DNA of 60,243 bases, filler included, from Sluysia triapertura (taxonomy: Eukaryota): the NCBI GenBank assembly GCA_046118255.1. It is 5 parts of 5 records of this genome, joined end to end, with 100 filler letters (N's around TTAATTAATTAA, not from the genome) between each part and the next. Parts side by side here need not be neighbours in the genome. Positions count along the whole stretch, not along the records: positions 35,940 to 48,192 come from JBJNIA010125411.1; positions 48,293 to 60,243 come from JBJNIA010153383.1; 3 more parts are not named here. One strand, written 5' to 3'. The notes beneath the pieces were generated by a model. The model did no database searches. It was not told where the DNA came from and was given only the letters and a program-made list of their open reading frames with translations. Positions 40,569 through 52,173 of the stretch are shown here, piece by piece. The translations under genes were made by a program, and so were the position numbers. Within the stretch, counting starts at the first letter, position 1. Each line of letters starts with the position of its first letter.

Positions 40569-41090
40569 CTTATAGACAAGCCCTTAATTGTGTAAGACTT
40601 GAGTCACAGGCAAATCAATTCATGATCCTAGATTTTTAAGTCAGGGATTCGTTTGGCATGAACATGGTACAGTTTTGACCGATCTCATTGGTTCATTGTT
40701 GTGCATTGGATTTTGGTTAGAATAAGAATGCTAGTTTATAATTTTGGATTTGGTATTAGTAAATTGGAAATTAATTTCTAGTGTTTGTTTATAAACAAAA
40801 GTATTTTATGATGACATTTTAGTACTTTCTGATTTTGACCACGATTTCCAATAACTGCATTTATTTGCTACTTTTAATATACATTTTTGCTAATACATTT
40901 TTATAGGCCTTTAATATCTGTGATAAAATATTAAGAAAATGGAGGCAACTGTTCATTATTTTTAAATATATAGATTTGTGGTTTTGATTTTCTGTTATTG
41001 TACAATATTTAATAAGAGTTAACAAGATTAAATTCGTATCCTTCGGACAGTCGTACAATTCACATATAGTGTAATCACATACTGTACGTA
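40569..41090 (+). repeat. Opposite-orientation unit with hairpin motif copy E (40569-40610) and a downstream cacatactgta block
   Basis: CAAG-CCCTTAATTGTGTAAGA-CTTG; GT-rich downstream tract; cacatactgta is shared with the ends near 11620 and 47100. Confidence 0.55.
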
Positions 41091-41888
41091 GCCTGCGATA
41101 ACCATAGAACTATTAAATATTATATATAATTTTCTTGTATAAACAAATGTTGTAGTGAAACGCTACTCATCTTTCTGATTGACTAATCATTGAAATCAAC
41201 TTCAACTACTTAGAATCCAATTAACTAAGACCAATTCTAGCTAAAATTCATACCAAAACCTAACACTCAACAATCAACCAATCAAATCACTGAAAACTTA
41301 TGTGCGCATCAAAGCAGTTCTAAACTATCACTAACTCCATCATGGTAGAGGAAGAGAAATGAGGTGACATATCCATTCATTTATCTTATAAAAATAAATT
41401 ATAAATAACTTAAATAATCTTCGTTAAGTCATTAAATATGTATTGTTTAGCAACGTTTTATTGTATTAAAACTAAGATTTGAATATTGACCAATGGCTTA
41501 AACAAAGATACTAATAAAAACAAAACTCATATAATACAGTGATTTATTCACACTAAAATAAACAGAACTATAATGTTATGACTTTAATTTCCTTTTCATA
41601 TTGATTTAAAAACTAATATTAAAATACACAAACAAAAACAATAACAATAGATTTTAGAAAATTTATATTTTCTCTCTTTCTATACATTCTATACGTTTTT
41701 AATTATACGTTCTAATATATTTATTACAGTTATAATTTATTGTTATCTTTTATTAAGATTATTATAATAGCATTTCAGATATATTAATACTATATACACA
41801 AAATTTTATACTAATACTACTGGTATGTATATTTAATTTGTATGTATTGAACCATTTATGATGAAACGTATTTACTAAATGAATTTCG

Positions 41889-42147
41889 ATGTCGCGATCT
41901 CCATTAATTGAACAAAACCAATATCTAATGTCTTCATGTTATATTATAGACCAAAATATGGTTCCATATCGTTTACCAAGTCGCACAAAATTTCATCAAA
42001 ACGGTTTACAACAGTACAAACAATTGTTATTGAATTGTGAAGATAAAATTAATGACAATTGTGATTGTGTTACAAGTATAAATTATCCATCTAGTTTTGA
42101 CAAACGTGCTCAAACAAATGTGGAATTTATTATGTCGTCTAATGTAC
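41889..42147 (+). CDS. Possible first coding exon of an unknown gene
   Basis: ATG-initiated, compositionally protein-like ORF (MSRSPLIEQNQYLMSSC...) running into gtac|gtaagt donor-like sequence, after which the translation looks intronic. Confidence 0.4.
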
Positions 42148-45100
42148 GTAAGTATCGTTTTTTATTAACTTTACAATCCAAAAAACAAAGCTTAAATAAT
42201 TTATATTCAAAATTGTTTTCCGTTTCGTATTTTGAATTTTAAAATATGTTATATTTTGTGTTTCTGGAATACTCTCTAAGAGTTATTTCAAAATAATAGG
42301 TCTTAAGTGCAACAAAAAAAACTTGTTTCAAAGTAAATTAGTGCTAATAGTTTAAATTTATGTTTAAAAATGAATTATACTTTAATTTATTTAATATTTT
42401 TATTTAATATTTTATCTTATTAAGAAGCAAATCTCTGTAGCATTTACTTTACGTTACTTTATTTCATAATATATAAAATACTTCATATCCTTTTATAAAC
42501 CATAACATCCTTATCTATCAGAAATTAATCAGTATTATTACAACAAAAAGTTTTAATTAAAGATTTGTACTGTGCTGTAGCACGAAAAATGACTGTATTA
42601 ATTGAATAGTTCCGATTTGTCTTAAAAAAGGTATATTTTAGAGATAAAATTAAAATGACATAAATTACTTAGGCGATTAATAAACATTGTAAAAATAATA
42701 CAAATGTGTTGCAAAATGAAGTCAGCGAATTCAATAGCTTTAAAATGGGATTTACATGAATTTTATCATATGAAATTTATAGAACACGATCTTAATTGTA
42801 TTAATTCATTGATTATAAAAATATAAAATTAGTACTTTCTATACAGAATTAATAAAATAAAACATTTATTAGTGTTTCCATAAAATAACTTCCCAAATTG
42901 AAAAGAACGCTTATAAAAGTATAAACAATAAGTTTCACTTACAAAATTAGAAAAATATTTACATTAACAACATAAATTAAATACAATATTATAAACATCA
43001 AAATATTCTTATATCAAATTTATATTTATAGAGATTTTGGTTTGCCTTTTTTATTTAAAAAACACCAAAACTCTTTCAAGGCGGAATTCCATATAACTAT
43101 TATTAAAGATAAAGAAAATGCCCAAATGTTGAATTCGTAACTGAAACAAAAGAAACAGTAAACAACATAACAGTAATAATAGCCTACTGTATAAACTGAA
43201 TATCAAAACAGAAACAATGGAGAAAATAATAATAAACATTAATGAATAATAGCCCAATGTATAGAGTGAATTATGAATAAACATTGTTTGAAATAATAGT
43301 AATAATAATAGTAATAAAATATTAAAATATACCGTACTAAAATATTATTAAGTAAAGTTTGGAAAAAAATGAATGTAGAGAAATTATTATAGAATAAACT
43401 ATTGGCCAAAATTTAATAACAGAGAATTACTATGCAATAAATGTCTAAAAGTGTATTAAATCATTAAATTAATTATTTCACAGATATAAATAACCGTGAC
43501 ACAATTTTGAAACAGAAGTAGTACATCATTTATCATTTATCACTATGTATTCTATTATACTTTCAAAAAATATTCCTTTTTAGTTTCTGCATTATTATTT
43601 TAGGACATTTTCTTAACATAAACATTTGCAAATTTCTGAATTAAATTTGTATTTAAAATAAACCTATAATCAAATAATCATGCAAGAGAAATTGTAAATC
43701 TTGCTTTAAATAAAATAATTGATTGTGTAATTTGATGATTACAGAATTTTAATCTGCGATTTGCTCACTTCGATGATAAAAAAATTTATTTGCTCTTAAG
43801 AATGAAAAAAGAAACAAATAATTTCTTTTAAATTCTATTTCTGATACAAACACTGTAACTAAACATTACGACTATAATATAATAATAATAATGATAATGA
43901 TAATAATGATAGATATAATAATATAAAAAAGTGATAATAATTGTTATAATGATAAAGAAAATAATAATGTTGATAATAATATTAATAATAACGATAATAT
44001 TAATAGTAATAATGTAAAAACCCATTTTAAAAAATATATAATATTCTAAAAACATTTTAGAAATATAATAAAAAATAAAAACATTTTTAGTAAACCTTGA
44101 ATTTTTAAAAAAGATGATAAAATAGTATTGCACTTATTTTATAATATCTAAATATCCTGTATTATTCACATAACAAGGTAAAAACTATTAAAAAACTTAA
44201 GAAATATCTTGAGAAATTAACAAAGAAAACACTGCTTATAATATAGTAGAATTCAGAAGGAAGAAGGGGCTAATCCATCATGCTAATAAAATATGAAAAA
44301 TCAATTAAAAAATGCATACAATGTTTATATTAATAACAAATTATACAAAATGCAAAAATAATATTATGCACTTAACTAGTACATAGTGAAGACTTGGATT
44401 TATAAGCATAATATAAGATCCATAATATATGAATTGTTAAAGAATTTAATTAACTGAAAAGAGAAATATATTGTATAGTCAGAAGTCGAGTGTGGAGGAG
44501 GATCAGATATATTAAAAATTGAATTATTATTGGTTATAAATTCTGAACAGACACACATAATTTTATAATACAAGTGATTCTGGATAATGTATAATATCGA
44601 AATTGATTGGTTTGAGCCAGCAATATTATGTTAAAAATTAAAAGCATAAAACAAAAACTAAATATTGTAAAATTGAGTGTTTCTTTTTACTAACCTTTGT
44701 TATTTTATCATATTATAAATATTCGATAAAAGTTTAACTTCGATTTTTTAAAGAAATATTATATTCAAACTCATACTGAATTTAGTACTTACAATTAAGT
44801 ACTATCTATAACGCATAATCGTTGAATAATAGTCAAAATTTAAAATATAAAGGCAAAGCCCAGCTTTATAAATTAAAAGAAAATTTTAAATAAAATTAAC
44901 CCGCGATAATAATAATAATAATAAACAAAAATTTACAGTGTATACTAATTCAACAGACCAATCAATTATTGAAAAATCAACATAAAATTTAGTAAGAATA
45001 TTTTAATCAGTCCACTTTTCAAAACTAATAGTAATTCATCAAAAATAAATCTACTACTATTCTAACTGAATTGATCATTGACAAGTGTTAATGATGTACT

Positions 45101-45820
45101 ACTTGATTAGTTCTCATTGTCCGTAACACAAAACTATCTTTTAAAACATTTCAATTAATCACAATATAGGCTAGTAATTTTTGATGTATCTAGTTTCAAT
45201 ACTTACACTTTTAAAGTATAAAATTGGTCAATATTTAATCATAAAACAAAATGTTTTACAAACTACTTTTGATTGTAATCAATTGTTTAACTTAAACTTC
45301 ATTTGATCTTTTAAGCTTGTTTAATGAAGATAAATAACATTTGATTTTTATGTATGACGTCAAATTGAGAATTGTGTATTTTGCAACTTTATTTATCATA
45401 AATATACTACTTTTATGTATCAGTAAGTAAATAAAAATGAATAATTATTAAATAATATTACAAAAAGTTAATACAATTTACTTGTAAGGAAATTACTACA
45501 GTGAGGTTAATCGAAGCATTACGTTTAAACTAAACAATTTTGAGTGACATATATTGAGTGATATACGTTTGTGCGATTTATACGTTTGAGTGATGTGTTA
45601 TTGAGCGATATGTTATGAGTGAAGTAAAAAACGAAATGTTTTTTAAATATTCATGCTACTATTATTTTTCTATTCTTATTTTAGTAAATATAAATGTGTA
45701 TAGACGACTCATTGTAAGGTCTGAGTTATGTCACTATGAACATAAAAACAATACATAAACATGTAAAATAATTCCTAGCTTAACCGACGTCACTCAAGCG
45801 GTTTTCCGATGAAATATTAC

Positions 45821-45874
<54 letters not shown>

Positions 45875-46652
45875 TAAAATAAACTGACCGATAGTAATTT
45901 ATTGAATAAGCGTAAGAATAAAGCGTAGATTATAACTTTATTTTTCTTAAGCTTCACAAAATTATTTAATTTATTTTATAAAGCTATAATTTTATTCGAA
46001 CTGTAATATTTTATTATTATTACTTGAATTGTGGCAATGCTTACAATACACTTCGTAATTTTTATTTAGTTTCCATCACTTCATAATTGGTAATTGTCTT
46101 TCTTTGTAAAGTTGGAATGACAAACATTATTATTTATTTCTGTAAAGGTTGTAAATAAATATTTTTATTTGTGAATTGTTATTTTTGTATAAAATTATTT
46201 ATATTTTATATATTTTTATGTTTTGTGTATTTATTAAGAAATTATAAATATAAAAAATTCTAATTATAATTATATTAAAATTAAAAGTAATAATTAATTA
46301 TTTTAAAATTAATTCAAAAAGGAGTTTCTAGAAATGAATTGTTTTAATAAATCAAATTTAAAAATATGATTCTTTATAATCATAAAACTATATAAAGATG
46401 CACAAAGAACATCAGAATACCATTTTGATATAGTGACCATATTGAATTCAGTGATTGACTGATTAAGTGATCAAACAAAATCAATACAAATATTCGCAAC
46501 AACATTTTGATCTCAAACATTCGTTTAGAGAGGACGCATTTTTTAATTATTTTCTATATTAAGTAGTAAGTTTATTTTAAATAATTGTAGAGTTAAAATA
46601 TCGACTTAAATTACTTAATTTTCAGTTGGCCAAAATCTAATATTATCTTTTC

Positions 46653-47117
46653 GTTGGCCCTTAAGCTCAATTAGATGGATCGAGTCTTCGGGCTAGGTCA
46701 TTTTGTATTAAAAATTCTATTATTGTTATTATCAATTTTCTTTTATATTATTATCGTCTTTTGGTATAAATTATTTTGTAAAATCAATGTTTTTTGTTTT
46801 TAGTTTGATATAATACATTTTTATAATATTTGTTAATTTTAATATAAAAATTACAACATAAATTTAGTTATAATATTATTTTACTAAAACAGTCGTATAT
46901 TCTAGGATTATTAAGGCAAACGACATAAGACTTACTCTTAAATCTTGTTCACAAACAAACACGTTAAACTTGCAACTTACGCATAATAAACACATCTAGT
47001 TAATATTATTTTTGCCACGAATTTCTCGTAACGCACATTGAAGTAAAAGACATCTTTTGCATATTTTCACATTATATACAAGTACACTATTAATAAGTCA
47101 CATACTGTAAACGGACT
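46653..47117 (+). repeat. Unit related to 11061-11633 (short-loop hairpin variant B)
   Basis: gttggcccttaag.tcaatta start, gagtc....ggctag second hairpin, taaggcaaa block and shared atactgtaaacggact end. Confidence 0.75.
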
Positions 47118-47421
47118 CTGAATATTAATCTATTTTGCTGTTAGATAAGTTTTAGAGTTAAAAGGAAACAGAAAATCAGTATTTCTTTAAATTTTAATTC
47201 TATAAATAAATTAAAGTCTCAGAAATAGAAAATATCACTTCCATTGACATTTTATTACAAATAAATTTCCTATTCTATACTATAATGTTACTATAGTTAA
47301 TTTTTCCGTACAGTTAAATTCTATTTACGACCATTTTCTTATGATTGTTATCAGATAATTGATTTTATTTGATAATATTATTATTTTCTTTTGATTGTTA
47401 TCACATAAGTGATTTTATTTG

Positions 47422-47452
<31 letters not shown>

Positions 47453-48292
47453 TAATTGTGCTTTTCAGTATTAGTTTTACCATTTCTATTTTAATAAAAG
47501 TACATGTTTTCTTGTTTCGGTGGCACCAACTAATCCATACCTTTATCTACACGTTGAGTAAGTGTTTATTTTATCTTATCCATATTTTAAAATGCTTATT
47601 TCTTGATTTTAGAACTTTTAAAAATACTAAAGTGTATTGTTTTCTTTTTTTGAATATTAAGATATTTTTAAGTCAAAATCCAATGAATAATGTAAATTTT
47701 TAAAAATACAATAAATAGAATCAGATTTGTTACTATTTAAAGAAACATAAATTAATCCCAATTTCCTAAAAATATGAGCTTTTATTTTTACAGATATGTT
47801 CAATATGCTTCTTTGCAATTAATTTTTAATTTAAAAACTACTACAATAAAATATTAAAATAAAATATATAATCAAAAATATATATGTAATTAAATATAAT
47901 TAAATGTAGATATATAATAAATATATAAAATATATAATTAAAATAAATATATAATAAAATATTAAAATAAAAATATTATTTGATTATGAATTAAAAATAA
48001 ATATAAATGAATTAATATTCTTAAATAAAATATGTTTTTAGAAAATTTAGATTAATTTCAAAATATTGCTACTATTTTTTCTGTGAATCTTTGCTGGTAC
48101 TTTTGTAATATGTTACAATTAAGTAGAATATCACATATTCGAAAATTTATTAATAAAGAAACAACTAAACTTATTGTTCACTCATTGATAACNNNNNNNN
48201 NNNNNNNNNNNNNNNNNNNNNNNNNNNNNNNNNNNNTTAATTAATTAANNNNNNNNNNNNNNNNNNNNNNNNNNNNNNNNNNNNNNNNNNNN

Positions 48293-48359
<67 letters not shown>

Positions 48360-49831
48360 TGTTATTATTGTTATTATTGTGAAAATTTATTAAACAACTG
48401 GAATGAATTGAAAACGTTTAAGAAACTTCAAGAAATATATTTATGAACACCAAAAAAAGTCCTTAAACGATAAGATAAATAAAATATACTAAAAGAAAAT
48501 GTAGAAAAAATCGTATGGAATCTGCATACCTAATTAGCAGACCAGAACATTTATGGATTGAACACCCATACAACGTAAAAAACCGTTAAAAGATTAATAT
48601 TCGCATTTACAAAAGAATACTAAATACAAAACGGTTATAAACAAATTATGTCCAAAATAATAATATAGAATATAATTAACTACTGTGTGGAAAAAATTAG
48701 ACGTATAATTACGAATATATGGTTTAAGTTCTAATAGGTATCTGTAAGAATTCACGTTGCAAATTTTTTACATTGCAAAAATATTTAAATCTTGAATTAT
48801 ATAAATATTAAAAAGTATACACCCATTTAATACACGGTTTTTTTACAAGCTTTCGTTTTTCCACGGTTCAAAAAAATTTAAAATTAAATATTGAAAATAA
48901 ACCGACTGTGATCAAAAGGAACAAAACGAGGGATAGGTGCATACCTAAATATCGACGAATATTTTTGTTATAACTGCAAAAACGGTTAAAAACTTCAGAA
49001 AACACCAAAACATAATCAAGAAATGTCTCTAAATAACTATGCAGAAGCCAGGAACCAATAAACAAATATGAAGAAAGAAGGCTGGAATCTAAATCATGTA
49101 ATTATGGATAAAACGTAAAAGTGAAAAATCCATTAAAAAGTGAATACTAATGGACATAAATAAATACATGGTTGAAAAATAATACAAAGTCAAAATATAT
49201 CACCAAAACGATAATATGTACTCTTATTAACTAGTATGGTTATACTATGACAATTGTCTACGTAGTCATAGTATAGATATTACAGAAATAAATTGATTCG
49301 TGAGAGAAATATTGAATAGAGGGAAGTTATATTATTTTGTTTTGTTGTCAAATTCGAACGATTATTCTGTAATTATAATTCGAACAATAATTTCGTGGTT
49401 GCAATTCGGACGATTAATTATAATTTATACGAATTTTTTGTGGTTACCATTTAAATTTGAATTTAAATGAATTTATGACTTCTAATAATTGAATAAACAC
49501 ACAAGCTATTTAATCATTCCAAGTTAAATGAAATTAAAAATCAAAAGAAAAGAAAAGTTTTTCGATGTATTTTGTTTTTATTTCAATAATAAATCAGATT
49601 TTTTAATGCTGTACTAAATTTAATTAAATTATAACTTAAATTATTTTACGATTATTACGCATATAATGCAATGTAATCTTATTTAATCGAATGTTTGCAA
49701 ATAATTTTATAATCTAATGTTTAAAAATTAATGTTAAAGTAAGATTTTGAATGCTTGAATGAGACTGTTCGAATGTTAAGAATGTTGAGTCACTGATTTT
49801 TAAAATAGTGAACCATATTTAAAATGTATAA

Positions 49832-50031
49832 ATGATTAGTAATAAAATTCTGAATGAACCATAAACAAATTCAACGATTGTAATAGTATGCATGATTAGT
49901 AATAAAATTCTGAATGAACCATAAACAAATTCAACGATTGTAATAGTATGCATGATTAGTAATTAAATTCTGAATGAACCATAAACAAATTCAACGATTG
50001 TAATAGTATGCATGATTAGTAATTAAATTCT
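49832..50031. repeat. Tandem repeat, ~3.3 x 60 bp
   Basis: atgattagtaat(a/t)aaattctgaatgaaccataaacaaattcaacgattgtaatagtatgc repeated in register. Confidence 0.95.
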
Positions 50032-52173
50032 ATGAATGTAATAAATAAATAGCTAAACGTATTAAATAAATTTAGTAATCTCTGTAAATTAATAAATATT
50101 TTGAAAATAGTACTTAATATATTAATAATAAAAATAAAAAATGTAAATAAGTTGTAAAGATTGTTTCAATAAAAATTTTTGTCAAATAATCTGAATTGAT
50201 TGGTATTACTGTAAATTACTTAAAATAAAAAATTTTTTGGAATAAAATTGGCTGAGATTAAATAATAATAGTTATTTTGTTTGTGCATAATTCTATAATA
50301 AATTTAACATTAAAACAAATTGCATTCTAAATGATAAATTAATGATTAACGATCGATATATTCGAAGTGAAATAGTAAATTATTTGTGGAATTATTAAAT
50401 AACAAATTGTAACGAGTATAAATATTCCAAAGTTCACAATGAAATTGCACAATAAAAATTAGACAAGATTGCTAGAATTTTGGCTGTGATGATTATTTTG
50501 GTTAAGACCTTGATAATCTGGAGATCGATATATCATTCAAGGATTCGTTTTATTTGGAATTGAACAACAATTGATCATTTTGTTTTATTTACCAAGGTAA
50601 ATTATTTCATCTCAGCATAAATTAAATATAAATTATATTTATTTTAAATTAATCGAACTTTATTTATTATAAATTAATTAAATTTTAAATTAAAATTAAT
50701 GTATGTTTATTTTCTTTTTACCTATATTGTTTGAATAAAAGTTCTCATTTATTTAACTTGTTTTAATTTATTATAAAGAGTAAATGGGTTTGGGGATTTC
50801 CTTCTCTAACAGCAGAGACGAGTATCGAGCTCATTCTCTAAGTTAAAGAAGTTATTTAAAAAATTAAGTGTATCATACATAGAATAAGGTTATAGAAAGA
50901 GCCAAGATTAAAGTGAAAATTCACCAGATTAATAATTAGGATTTCAAATTTATTAAAGAATTATAAAAACTAAAAACTTTAAGATATTTTATAAATATAG
51001 AATTAGTATTCATAATAGTAATAAACGACTGAAGAAATATAAATACACTTATCAGTTTCTTTTTACAGACAGTACGTTAAGTGGAATCAATATGTACTCA
51101 ATATGTAGAGGAATAATAATTGAAATAAACACGATTTTGAGTATATTTTATAATTACAGCTTCGAAAGTTGAAATTTGCCTTAAATAAATATATTTACCA
51201 AAACATGAAATATCTGGAGTCCTAAAACGGTCTTGATTTACTATTTAACTGCAGATGATACTACTCAATGTAATTGTGAATAAACTAATAACTGCGAGGG
51301 AAAATTTTAAGAATTTTTCAAAATGGCGAATGATATTTATCAACCTAATCGATCTGATAGAAACGTAAATGATATTCGATGGACAAAAAGTATTTTGAAA
51401 AGAAATATTACCACTTCCGATAACGAAACAGATCGACCAAAACCAAGACGACGACGAAAATTATTTATATTTTCATTATATTTTGGCAGATCGCATGTTT
51501 TTGTTAAATTTTAGGAGGTGCCTCTATAATCCGGAAAATACGGTAATAGAAAACAATAGTCCTATCATTTTTAGGATGTTATCATTTTATAAACAATGCT
51601 GTTTATTGGAATATTGGGTGATAAATTAAATTGGAGATGCCATTCACTCTTTTATAACATAAGTGATCTTTTCACACACAAAGTAAACTTTAAAAATATT
51701 GATTATCCCGCAGCACAAAAATGAAACACTGATATGTTTAAATATAAAATTTTAAAATAATATTCTTAAGAACTAATCTCACGATAAAACTAGCTATGTT
51801 GAATTAGTTACAATGGGGGATTTATTATGCAAAAATTTTGATTTATTAAACATGAGATGGTATAAAAATTACGACCAATGAAATGAATTTTAGAATTTAA
51901 ATTTAAAATAATCGATAAATCTAATTACGAGTTTAACTATTTAATAAGTTAAAGATTTTGAAAATTCTAAAAACATTTCTAATTTATAATTCTTGTTCAG
52001 TTTTGCACATTTAAGTTATCTGATTGTTTATGAAATACTGATTAAAAACATAAAAATCAAGCATTTCATATATTAAACAAAGTTAGTTACTTATATTTAA
52101 CATCAGTCAGTGTTTTCAAAAAATCAAATAATTTCAAAACAATTATAATCATAAATATAAATATCATACTAAC

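Noticed and set aside
40569-40610. Hairpin motif as a twister, pistol or hammerhead ribozyme (AAGCCC..AA resemblance)
   Set aside because: I could not map the required helices and pseudoknot partners or a CTGATGA/GAAA core in any copy; the resemblance is limited to a few nucleotides.
48400-49200. Possible L1/Tx1-like LINE remnant on the plus strand
   Set aside because: Only faint motif hints (RGIG..NI) amid many stops; too weak to call without a search.
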